Shown here: positions 11,972 to 25,772 of the stretch, piece after piece
How positions within the stretch are numbered: position 1 is the stretch's first letter
Layout: every line of letters begins with the position of its first letter
NCBI GenBank assembly: GCA_051294375.1
Contig: CM119266.1
Location: 13,518,735 to 13,582,734, forward strand
Length of the DNA: 64,000 nucleotides
From: Paraspadella gotoi
Taxonomy: Eukaryota; Animalia; Chaetognatha
Direction of reading: 5' to 3'
Notes under the pieces: generated by a model
Databases searched by the model: none
What the model saw: only the letters and a program-made list of their open reading frames with translations
What the model was told of the DNA's origin: nothing
Translations under genes and position numbers: made by a program

Positions 11972-14143
11972 TCGCCCGACAGCTCTTTCGGCCGTTGCCT
12001 CGTCCGGCCGTCAGGTTCTCCAGGCCCGGCTTTCGTCCATGGACTGGTTTTTTGCGGTTTCTCATCCCCCCCTTCTACGACGTCCGGTCAAGTGGGCGTG
12101 GCACGTCACCGGAAGTCTTCGCGGGATTCCCCCCTCTTGGTTTGCTTGGCTACGAGTGATTCTGTCTCGTGTCGGCGTACTGAGGTAGCGTACGGGAGGG
12201 GGAAGAGAAGGCGGGGAAGAGGAGTTTTCCTCTTCGTTTTTCTCTCGGGAGATGTCGCGTTTGCTGAGCAGATGCTCACTTGTTGGTGGGGAAGAACCAT
12301 GAAGAATCCCGGTTCCATATGGAACCACAAATTATATTTTGTGTAGATAACTTTTTATAAGTTATTTGAATCTGCTTTTAAAAATAAAAAAATTTTAAAC
12401 ATTTCTTAATAAATAAATATTAAAAAAATAATTCTTAATGCTTTTAATCATTTAAAAAAATTTTGATCTATTAAAAGTTTTTTCAGAAATGTTTAAAATT
12501 TCATTTAAGAAAGTTCTCAAATCAAACTTCTGACCCACCCCATTGACAAAGTTTAACCCTTGCTTATCCAATTTTAACTTAATCAAAATAATCAAAATTA
12601 AAATAATAAAATCTTAAAATATATTTTTTAAATATTTAAATAATTTTTATATATTATTTATATAAATATTAAAAAAAAATTTAAAATAAAAACGATTTTG
12701 AAAAGAACTTTTTCAGCACATTGACAAATCAAATCCAATTAATATAAAATTTAAATATAAATAATTTTAAATTTAATAATATAAAACTTTTTAAAAAACT
12801 CGTTAATAACGATTTTTTCCAAGCGGCGGGTTTTATTGTGCCACCTTGTAGATCTTACAAATCTTTTACGAGGTTGAAAACCCTCAATATTGAGAAACAT
12901 TTTTATAGCTCTGAAGCGAATCTTTCGCAGCACGTCCATCATAGTAAACAAAAGTCCCCTAAATATAGCTTTATCTGCAGATTAGAGCAGCTACCCAACA
13001 GCCATTAAATCCTGTTGGATCTAACGCCATTCACAAGTCCTCTTATTTTAAGAAGCATTTCTAATAATAAGTCAAAATCTTATTTTGGACTTTCATAGGC
13101 CCATTTTCTATCTAAGCAAGTAAATCCAGTAATTCCTAACTGTTTTTTTTTGTATTGTAAAAAAGAATCTATAAAAAATATTTGGTAGAATTTATTGACG
13201 GTTAAAAACTCAAACAGTCAACTTTTTGAACAGAATGAAACCGCGCCCATGTTTCTTTCGATAACAATTGAAAAAAAAACTAATTTTTTCGTTGTTTATT
13301 TTGTTTTAATAATAGCAGAAGCTTGATTGACATATAAAGATCATTGGTCAAACAAAACTAATAATTAAAAATAATTATTAATCAACCGTCTTTACAAACA
13401 TAAATAATATATTTGAAGTAGTTCGAATCCCATTGCAGACACTGCCACGAACAGCATATTTATAATCTTAGAAATGAAAAATATAGATAACAATTGTTTT
13501 TTCTCAATATCGCATCCCCCCCCCGCAAAAAAAACCGGTCCAGACCAGTCGCTTTGTTTTCATCAGAGTTAAGACATGATTTACAAATGTGTACAAATTT
13601 GTACAATGCCCTACGTCTTTTTTTAAAAAAACGACAATGCCAGGTGAACCTCATGATATCAATTAGTGAATTTTACATCATAAGTCAGACATATTATTTT
13701 CAACATATGATATGAAGATCCGAAAAAAAAAGCTTTTGGTTCACAGGCTGATAAAATGTTGGTAAAACTGATAAAAGAAAAATCTTAGTAAAAATAAATT
13801 CAATCGAGTAAGTTATGTGCAAATTACTCCAAAATTTTAGCTAGTGAAGAATAATTACTTTTGAAGCGTATTTATCATAAATAAATGATTAAATCGCTGT
13901 ACAAACGTAACTGTCGACGATGAAAACTGGATGCTGACGAAAGGGCAAACATGAACTAAAGTTTGCTCGCCACTTTTCGTTTCGGGAACGATTCAAAAGC
14001 TCCCACCTCCATTTGGAGGTTTTGACGAAACCCCCACCCACCCTTCCCAGAAAATTCCTTTCCCCTCAAAATCTCCCAAAAATATAAAAACTTTCAAACG
14101 GAACTAAATCGGGCTTTCTCTCCCCACGAAAAAATAAAAATAA

Positions 14144-17100
14144 TTAACTGGATGTCAACACTGTTTTCGCAACGGAAGTTCGAGTCGGTCTCGCCGGCCC
14201 CACGGCGTCGGGCTTGGCGCTTGGTTTTGAGGGATTGGGAGAGGCGGATTTCGAGGCAGAGGCGGTGGCCGCAACGTCCGGGACAGAGAGTTCCGGGCCC
14301 TTTCGAGCGGACGACGTTCCGGTAGCGGCGGGGGTTGATCGACGAATGGGCGTGGCTTCTGAAGACGAATCCGGAGTGTCCGGAGCTGCTGGTTCGGGAC
14401 TCGGCGGCGGCAACGGCGAGGACGACGCTTTCGACGGGGCTTTTCCGTCGCCGACCACGACGACCGCGGCTCCCTTGACGCCCGACGCCTCGGCGGGGCT
14501 GGCGCTCTTTCGAGCCCGAGCGGCTCGTTGATCCTCCTTGGAGGCGAGTTTCTCGTTGAGTTCGACGGCATCGGCGGCGGAGATAAAAGAGTCGCTGCTG
14601 TTGCTCTCCTCTTTGACGTCGACCTCGGACGGCGTCGCCGACGGCGCCTTCGTCTCTACGATCTTCACCTCGTCCACCTCCATGGGTTCCTCGTCGTCGT
14701 CCTCGTCGCGCTCTCGTTTGGGCGACTTGCCTTCCGCCTGATCCCGCCTGGCTTGGAGGTACTCGGCGTAGACGTCGTCCAAGTGGTACCGTCGTTTGTA
14801 GTTGTTGTAAAAGCTACGGACTTGAGATTCGGACTTTGTGCCTAAAACTTCGGCGATGGCTCGAAAGTCTTGACCGTATTCGCGGACGCCTGGAGAGGGG
14901 GATAAGAAGGGTATGGCGACATATATAAGAGTAAAACAATCTTTTCCTTTGAACTTACCTTGAACGGCGAGGAGCAGTTCCTCGTTGGACCACCTCATGG
15001 TGATCCTTGAGAGCGCGGCGAAAGTGGCCTCCGTTGAAGCGGAGGCCGAGAGGAGGGTGTCAACGCCTTCAACCAATCCCGTCGTCTGAAGAGTTTCACT
15101 GGCCACCGCCACCGCCGAAGGACCGCACATCTGATATATGAAAGAGGAAACTCAATGGAAATTCTTCCGGTATGAAATCCATAACCATCGCCACCATAGA
15201 ACGTGTTTGAAATAAAAAGTTTAATCGAAACCATTTAAAATACAACTTTTTTATAGTATGACCAACTTATAGTACAATACATCATATATAAATTGAATTT
15301 AAAAATAAAACTTTAAAAGCACTCAAATATTTCTTTTTTCCAAAAATAAAAAAACTACTGTGTTCAAAAGGGGGAAACAAAAAAAATTGACAATTTTGTT
15401 GGACTCAAATTTTTAAAGAATCAATAATATTTTCACTGAACCCTAACAGAAATGGAAAATCGTGAACGACTTGAGAAGCAAGCGCCCAAATCCCGCCAAC
15501 AAGCATGCAAGTTCAATCGTACCTTATGCTTATGTTGGCTGATAAGTTGCTTGTTACTCTGTACTTGTCGCTTTAACGTGATGACGTCACTCTCAAGACT
15601 TTTCAAAATACCATCGCTGCCGTACGAGCCGGAAAACACCTACGGGTTGCAACGAAAACGGAAATCCCCAAATATAAACGAAAAATTGTGGAGAAGTACA
15701 CATGAACCAAGACAATGAAAAAGTAAAAAAGCCAAAAGTGTTAGACGAGATAAATTAAGGGCAGGGAGGAAAAAAAGATACGAAAAAGCGTACCTTAAAA
15801 ACATGACAGTGAGTGCAATGGGACAGCTGGAAAAACTTGAAACAGGACTAGGAAAATAATTCTGTGCTGGCTTTTTGCTTTCGAATCTTTTTTTTTCCAC
15901 CGCGGTCAAGCATAGAGACTTGTCTTGTTCCGAACCGCATGTACCTGACTGGAGTTGGGGTTAAGATTTTGAGAATTAGGCGCTTCTGCTGAGTTAGGGG
16001 AGGCGGAGGAGACGGAAGAGGCGTTGGAGGCGACGATTGGGGGCGGACCGAGAGTGAAGACGTCCAAGTCCTCCTGTGGGTAACGAAAGAGTTAAAAAAA
16101 AAAAGCGGCGTAGACGTTATGCAACGCAAAGTCGTCAAAGGATGCTCTCACCTGTTGCAAGTTCATGTCTTTGGGCGGGTTTGTTTTGGCGGCGCCCTTG
16201 TTGAAGAGCACCGAGTCGTCGCGGTGGGCAGAGCCGTGACCGTGGGCGGGACGACGTGTGGGACCGATCGTCGACCTCATCACGCCCGTCCGACGCCAGA
16301 AGGAAAAACAAGTGGCGCACAATTGAGACCCTACAAAAGATCCAGTCGTACGATTAACTTTCGCGAATGGATTTTATTTTTTGGACAATTCTGGTCAACT
16401 TCGTTCATATCCTTTTCCCGACTGACCTCCCGAAGTGGAACTGAGGTGACTCGTGGCGGCCGCACAATTGACGCACTGGCCCTTGGCCTCACTCGATCCC
16501 GAACTCTCGTCGCTTTCGTCGATAAAGTCCATCACTTCGCCTAAATCTTTGCTCCCTGAAAAAAAGTGACTATCATTTCGTCACACAAATTCTATTTTTC
16601 GAGTGAAGCAAAAAAAGACCCAGAAGTCAAAAAGACTTACCGGAGTTGGCGTTTTCGTCGACCCCATTGACTGGCTCCTCGACGGCGCCGGCCTGGAGCT
16701 TGCGAGCTTGCCGATCCATCACGGATGTTCGGTACCGAGTCTTTTTCCAGGAATAGTAGTACTTCACTAGCGAGGCGATCGACTTATCGGGAAGCATTTG
16801 TCTAAGAGTAATTTGGTGTAAAGATTAATAGGTGACAATTAGTCCGAACTTCTCTCGCCATTCGACCGTCATACCTAATCCTGTGAAAGGACTTGCCGTG
16901 GAAACTAAAGGCTTGTTCGAAAAGCACCTTATCCTCGACGGACCAGTCGTCCGGATAAGGGGTGAAGTTGGCCAAGTCGGTCGTGGCCCGGTCCACGTTG
17001 TACTTGTGCCAAAAGAGCATCCCGAGGGCTTGCTCTGTCGGAAACAGTCGCCGAAGCATGAATCGAAACAATGACAAACCCCCACCTCTTTAACCGCCAC

Positions 17101-17781
17101 AAACGAACCGGTATTGTATCCGTATTTGTCCTTGGCCAAGGCCACGTACTCGTCGAGCTTCTGCTCGTTCAAGTCGGGTTTCGGAGCCCAAATCAACATC
17201 GCGCCGTGATTGGACTCCGGGTTCGATTCGGGCTTGAATTCGGGAATCACAGCTTGATATTCGTCTCCGATGCGCATCCCTGGACGAAAGGATCGAGATG
17301 GTTTGTGAAAACGGACTACGCTAAACTTACAAAGACACCTTGAACGAAAATTGCGCAACACTCCGTGAGATTGATTACCTGAGTCTGATTCGGCGTCGGA
17401 ATCGCTGTCCTGGCTGTGATGGTGGTGGTGATGCATGGGATTGGGAAGGAGGTGGTGAGAGGAGTGGTGAGAATGACCGGAGGCTCCGGAGGGGGATCCC
17501 ATGATGTCGCCGTTCGTCCTCAGATCGGGGTCGATCGGAGGGGCGTGGTGATGGGCGGCCGGCGAGACGCACCGCTCGACCTCGTCCAACAGTTCGTCGT
17601 TCTTTAACTGTTCGTTCTTGTCGGCCTTAGAGTCGGCCTTGGGGCCGCCCGCGTTGACGACGACGTTCTGCCCGCCGGCCGGAGTGAGAACGCCGTTAGG
17701 AGGAGCCGAGGGAGACGCGGCGCGCGAACGGCGACCGCGCGTCAACGCTTCGTCGCCCAAGTGACGTCCTCCGACGACCAT
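14144..17781 (-). CDS. RCOR: REST corepressor (CoREST), multi-exon
   Basis: ELM2 ([12 protein letters not shown]...[13 protein letters not shown]), SANT1 ([23 protein letters not shown]|[20 protein letters not shown]), linker (PPKDM..LKRQVQ) and SANT2 ([12 protein letters not shown]|[19 protein letters not shown]). Confidence 0.93.
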
Positions 17782-18866
17782 GGTGAGCTACTGGGAAATG
17801 CGTCCGGGTTTTCGCAGACTGTCTTATTAAAGTCGAATTTACATGAGCTCGATTTACGGGGGACGTTTCTTGCTGTCGGGCGTACGGATCTAGAATGACG
17901 TAGTTATTAAAAAGAATGTAAATCATAACAGCTTACGATGTATAATGACTAATTTCCTACCCAAAACCTATTGGAACGCGCTAGTGTATTGTCCATAAAA
18001 TTTACAAAATATGAACGGTAAAAATTGCTAACACCTATTCCACCTTTTAAGCATACGCAATGAAAAATGCTTAAACATTAACTGATTAAGGATTCTCCGT
18101 TGCGAAGAATCGCCGGTAATTAAAAAAGAAAATACTAGGCGTCGAAGGTAAAAATATCACTGACAATAACATCAAGACAGTAAATTTTATTAACTAATGA
18201 AAGGAAATTTAAATTAAAAAGCCCTGTGGTTTTGTTCCAGTGAGCCGTCCCATAGAGAACAATAAGGTCGAACGCATAGAAACTGCTAGTGAGATCTATG
18301 TAAGGGAAATACAGCTCGCCAAAAAAATTGGGAAATCTAATTAATGTTCCAGCAACACCGTACATCGTAATTGTTTGGAGAGGGCATAGACTAGATCACG
18401 AATTTTGGACTAAATCTTAAAAAGGCATAAAACAATGCGATTTTTCATATTTCATTTTTGCTGCTTTTTTTAAAGGAATGTACGAAACCTTAAGGCAAAC
18501 CGTTTTACTTGCCGACTCGGGGTAACAAACATAATGGGGATCTATTAATAATACGGCAAAGTAAAAGAAAAGCTCCGCAGCCTAGCAGGACCACCGAGGT
18601 TTTGAATTAAGCAATTAAGTGAATGAACGATGAGTGGAAATTCCCACGATTGTACACATTCCTTCACCGACCTATTTAGCAATATTAATTAAAGGGTGTT
18701 GGACAAGAAAAAATTTAATTTATGAACCCGAGTGTTTTTCGCGATCACGGACGAAAAAAAGGTTGCTGCTGCCACAAGGGAAATAGAAATAAAGCGCAGG
18801 AAATAAAACAGCTTAATCGTTTAGTCCCTCGTACGTATACCTCCATCCGTTCAGCAAAGAAAAACA

Positions 18867-18992
<126 letters not shown>

Positions 18993-19185
18993 GTCGAGAC
19001 GTAAACACGGTTTTTCATTTTTTTTTACGAGGCCGAGGCAAAAAACCTTGAAACGAGCGACTCACTGGAGCGCAAAAATTACAAGAAAAAAAAAAACTGG
19101 TGCTAGGACGCGAACCGATTTCGGTCGTGGGAGAGCGAGACGGAGAATCTCGGGGATTTTCGTCTCCGAACAATTGAAATCCTTT

Positions 19186-22100
19186 TCACCACGCGTTCGC
19201 CGGAAAATTGTTTATTTCGGCTTGCTCGGTGACTGGGGCACCGTTAGCAGTGTAACTAAGTCGAATCCGCATTCGTAAAGGATTTTTCTGAGGATTGTTC
19301 ACGTGAAGGACTTGCGTCAATCCGGCCACAGAGTTGTTGACGCCGCCGCCTGAAGAGGATTGTAGGCTCTTTTAATTTAAAATAGAAAATTAAGAAAAAA
19401 CAAGATACACTGATACAGTCTTCGACGAAGTCATAAGTCAAGTCTCTGTTATTGTTAATTCCTTTGATGCCAGAATTTTTTCTTGATTTGGCTTCCTGTT
19501 ATTCCTCTTCCTCCTCCATTCATCCTCCTCCTCTTTGTCTCCTTCTCATTGGTCATGCTAAACAGAACGCATTCTTTTCGTTTTTCATTGTATCTCGATT
19601 CTCGATTTTTACGGACATTGTTCAGTTCACGGACAAACAGAAAGACAGTCAAGCGTCTTATAGAGTCACGGCTGTAGTCGTGATTAAAAAGGCGGGAAAG
19701 GAAAAGCAAACGAGTGAATAGTAAACGAGTAGAGGCATTACCAGGCGGAATTGTTGAGCCGCTGGGCGACATGAGCTGCAACTGGAAGGTTTTTGGCACT
19801 GCTGCTTGGAAAACGAAATCGCCGATAGGCGTGTCTGGGCTGAGGTTTGCCGCCGTCAGCGTGATGACGGTCATAGTGGGGGAGACGGTGGACCGCTCGA
19901 AGGAGAAGGTGATACGCAGCGCCCCTTTCTCGAAGGCCGTGATGGGAGGAATGTTAGCCAAAGAAGACGATGACTTCTCGTTGACGGAGGTCGGAGGCGT
20001 CGTCGTCAGACCTCCGTCGCCCAGCAACCCGTTCGAGTCCATAAGGCCAAGTGAGGGTCCGACGGTCGACGCGGGTACAAGGCCCGAGAGACTGTTTAAA
20101 GTCGACAGGCCGTTGTTGATGAGCGGCGGAGGCGCGGAGTTGAGAGCGGATACGCCGCCGCCGCCTCCACCGCCAATATCCAGCAGATCGAGCAGATTGT
20201 CCGAATGACTAGCCGTGGATTTGGGCTCGACCGGAGGCGGGGCGTCGCTGTCCAGAAGGCCGTAAAACCCGTGCGCCGCGACACCGTTCATTTCCGGCAC
20301 TTTCGTCGAAGCCTGAGACCTGTCTTCGGTGACTAAACCTGGGAAGGGTAGGACAAAGTGAGAATCACCGAGACCGAATTGTCTAGAGATAATATTCATT
20401 ATTCACGGTCACGAAATCTTGTCTCACCCAAGAGATCCGTTTCGGCTTCGACGAGACCGTTCCCGTTGATGTGTGGCTGCGACGCGTGGACGGGGGCGTC
20501 GCCGGCCGAGCCGCCATTGGGAAGACCCTCCTCGCCGCGCTTGGCTTCGATCGCCGGCATCCTTTCCAGGATCCCCGCCAACATCGCTCGATACTTGACG
20601 CTCAGTGCCTGAAACTCGCAGGCGCGTTGTTGAAGATCGGCTGAGGTTGGAAAGAAAAAGAAAGATATACATGGTATTGGTTGTACCTATTTCATGAAAT
20701 AAAGATTTCGTGTCTTTAAAACATTGGTTATTAATGAGTAAAAATCGTGACACTTACCCAACGGGTTCGTGCTGTAGTTGGTTGTGATCTGCTCGATCCG
20801 GGCCAATGCGTGCGGCGAGGAAAAGCGCGTGTAAAGCTTGATCACGGCCATAAGACAAAACTGCTTGGTGATGACATTGGACGTGTTCACCATCAGCGCC
20901 CGCTCGAGAACGGCAAGCACTTCAGATTCGCTTAACTGCTGACATCCGAGAAGGGAGATAATAAATAATAAGAATAAAAAATAAAAAAAATAAATTGTGG
21001 CGAGTTGGAAAATGAATGTAAAAAAATTGCAAATACGCTGAAAAAATAGAAAGCAGAAAAAGGTTTTGCTACCTGAATTGGTTCCTCCGATTCCGCAACA
21101 GCCGACATGAGTAAGTCACCGTACTCACCAATACACCAGGAGGCCACCTGAGTAAACATTGATTATTACAATTAGAACATAAATTTTGGAAGAAGGAGAA
21201 TTCGCGACCAACCAACCTGACAAAGCGGTTGCTGAGAACAATCGGTTTTCAAAGCTTTGAACATTTCGACTGTGGTGTAAGCGTGTAAAGTGGGCGTTTC
21301 CGACACCATTTGAATGAAACTGTTGATGACTTCGTCTTGAACAAAGTTGTCCGAGAGTGTAAACACTTTGATCATGGTGTCGATGTGCCATCTTTTATTT
21401 GGCGCGTACTACGTAAGGGAGATTGAAAAATATAATTTGTCTTTTAAGTAAATATTGTAAAACTTCTCTCACCCTCTCAGCGGACAGAAATATGTTCGAG
21501 GTGCAATAACTTTTAAATTCCGGCTCCGCCTTTTCGTAAAAGGAGAGTATCTCCTTCATCATGCTGCGGATGTTGTTGGCGTTTATAAGGGCGAAGCTGA
21601 GCTCCATGGCTCGGCGGCGGATGGAGATGTCTGGATCCTTGAGGCAGTCGACGATGGTTCCTCGGTGACGTTGGACGGCGTTGGGATCGATGTGGACGAC
21701 TTTGAGCAGCGTGCTGAGCGCCACGTAGCGAATGTTTTTGTCGTTGTTTAGCAGAAATCGGCCGAGGATGTTGACGGCGAGCACGCGAAGGCCGGACTCC
21801 GACTTGATGTCCATTATGGTAAGGACCGTCTCGTAGAGGATGGCGTTGCCGACGTTCTTGGACGTCTCCGTGTTCGTGGCGACCTGAAGAGAGTTCGTGT
21901 GAGAGCAAACAATTAACTTGTTCTTCGCTTACCGGACGAACCTGCGCCAAAATGTCGTTCATCATTTCCGAAGACTCAGGATCGTTGACCCCGAGAATGC
22001 GCAGCAGTTGGAGGATTTTGACTTGGAGAAAAGGATCGCTGACGCCCGATACGTCGTGCTCCGGCGAATAGCCGGCCATGATCAGGTTCTTCAGAATCCG

Positions 22101-23065
22101 AATGAGGTTAGGGATGAGCCGTTTAAAGTGGGCCTGGAAAGACGGGCAAAACATGTTAATAATCCTCTGGAAAATATAGATAGATCAACTATCAGCGGCA
22201 GATTTATCCAACCTGAGTGTCTGGGCTTTTCGTGCACATTTCGTGAATGAGCGCGGTCGCCGTAAGGAGCACGCCGTGGTTCTTCTCGTTGAGGAGGGAC
22301 CTTGTGGCGGGAAGAAACATCTCCAACAGTTCCGGTACTTTGCGAATGATACGCATCGCGCAGAGGGCCGCTTTCTTTTTAAGATATGCGTTGGAGGATT
22401 TCAGCAAAGTTTCGACGTCGCCAGCTGCATAATTTAAAATTAATACAATAAAGAGTAAAATACGGTACTGTCTGTAAATCATGTAGTCTACAGAAAAAAT
22501 GCGACACGTTCTTACCCAAGTCCCGACTCATCTCAGGCGAGCAGATTGTCCCCAGCGTACACAGAGCGAGCCCGACTATAAATTGTGTCTGGTGACTGAG
22601 GTCTTGTTTCAGCGAATTCGTGACGAGCAGGTGAACCTCGCGGTTTTCGTCCAGCAGCAACATCACTCCCAAATAACCTGGAATGATCCAACAGAGATTG
22701 TAGTTATTTTTTATGCTTATTTATCGTTTATTTTAAAAATTACAATACCTATTCTTTTGTCGGTGAAACGGGGAGAGGCAATGAGTTTCATACATTCGAG
22801 CTGACCAAAGTGGGCGGGATAGCCTAGCATGTGGATGTAGAGGAGTTTGGCCACGTTTCTGCATCTCCACGTGTTGTCTTCTTCTCTGAAAGTCGTTCGG
22901 ATGTAGGCGCATTCCTTTTGCACAACGGATCGTTCTTCGGCAGCTGTTAGGAAGTTCATAGATTTTGGCACACCGTTATGCTTTATTTAATCATCTGTAG
23001 TCCGTACCTGTTCTGGCAGATCGAATTTGCCTGATCAGATCACGAAGTCTCATCGGTGTAGGCAT
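19186..23065 (-). CDS. AP1G1: AP-1 complex gamma adaptin, multi-exon
   Basis: Starts [19 protein letters not shown]|[12 protein letters not shown]; adaptin trunk ([39 protein letters not shown]); ear domain [13 protein letters not shown]; last exon 19186-19349 reads [23 protein letters not shown]...NNFPANAW*. Confidence 0.95.
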
Positions 23066-24122
23066 CTTGCTTATTTTTTTATTTCGCGTGGGCTACGGTC
23101 GTTGACGGGTCACGATTGAGACGTAGGCTTCTTTGTCATAGTTTTCACGAAGTTTAATAAAATTGTTTGTCGTTCGGATCAAAAGACGTTCATCTTTAAG
23201 CGAATCTGAAAATTCACGATTGATAAACGGAAAATACGCTATTTCGACTATAAAAACCAAATCTAAACGGGGAGCACAAAATTATTCAAAGGATTAAAAA
23301 GCATGTTGTTTGGCACATTACAGATCATGTTCGAAGCAAAAACGTCAAGTGCGCGATTCTCTCTTGGAAGAAAAAAACCGCGGTGGACGACGATCCAAGA
23401 GCACGACCTTCGCAAGGGAACCCGAGACGATGCCCGATCGCAGAGTCGTCGTCTTAGTCGAAGATGCTTGGAAACGATGGGACTGCTGCAGACTAACTTT
23501 TGGGTTATACTACGGGCTACTTTTAAAATTTAGCTTCTCGTACTCCAAAGACACTTACTCCAATTAGACACGAAACATATATTAAAACCTAGTTAATAAT
23601 TAACACTTATTCGGCTTTTACAAAGCAAGACTGAGCCGTTCCTTCAATGATCTGCTCAAGTGTTTCTAAAATTATAGGTTGATCGTTACTAATGACTAAT
23701 AACTTCATTTTACTATTTTATAAACATACTTGCATTTCATAAATAAACTTTACGAGATAGCTTTTAATTTATATTAGTCATATAGCTTGGAATTAATGAG
23801 TGCAATATAATATAAAAAAAAAATTTTAAGGTTAGGGAGAAGCCTAAATCAAGGGGATGCTCAAAGTTCATCTTTGGAAGTTTCTATTAAATTTAAATAC
23901 CTTACAATACGCTAGCAATGTACAATAATACCAACTCGATTACAATTTCAACAAAACTTTTGTTTCGCTTTTTTTTGTTCGGATTTCGTACAATCTGTGT
24001 GGATTAACTCAAAAATTCGGGTAACCATAAAAACAGAATAAGACGTCCTATTCAATTTAAGCCAGACGACGCTGGCCGATAAAGGGGGAGCGCGTTCACT
24101 CGATGTCGCTCGATTGCGCCAA

Positions 24123-25556
<1,434 letters not shown>

Positions 25557-25772
25557 AATTGAAGAACTGGCTTCGACGAAATTTGTATTCCGTTTAAAAT
25601 TCTGTTTTAAAGGCTTTAAACAAAAAAATTATCTTAAATTAATAACGACTAAAAGTCAATCGATGAACAATATCGAGCGGAATCGCAATATCAAATAAGC
25701 TAATGAAATATGCGGTCGCTCGCAGTGCCGATAAACTGGAAAGTATATAATTAACCGAAAACACTAATAGTT

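Larger units (their letters stand above)
9861..12333 (+). mobile_element. Internally deleted (non-autonomous) DIRS-like retroelement retaining ITRs, ICR, gag and the start of pol
   Basis: ~142-bp inverted terminal repeats (9874-10015 / 12155-12297). The segment 10758-10843 is complementary to both termini joined. ATT at both ends (9861-63, 12331-33). Gag-like peptide is similar to that of the element at 41-46 kb. No RT or YR catalytic core seen. Confidence 0.88.

Noticed and set aside
9025-12850. AT-rich flanks of element 1 as a Tc1-like MITE hosting the insertion (tatagggtg.. / ..caccttgta)
   Set aside because: TIR match too weak to call.
19455-19740. ORF-track C-terminal extension of AP1G1 (RLLFTRLL...)
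   Set aside because: Intron read-through; the donor at 19740 joins a conserved last exon at 19186-19349.
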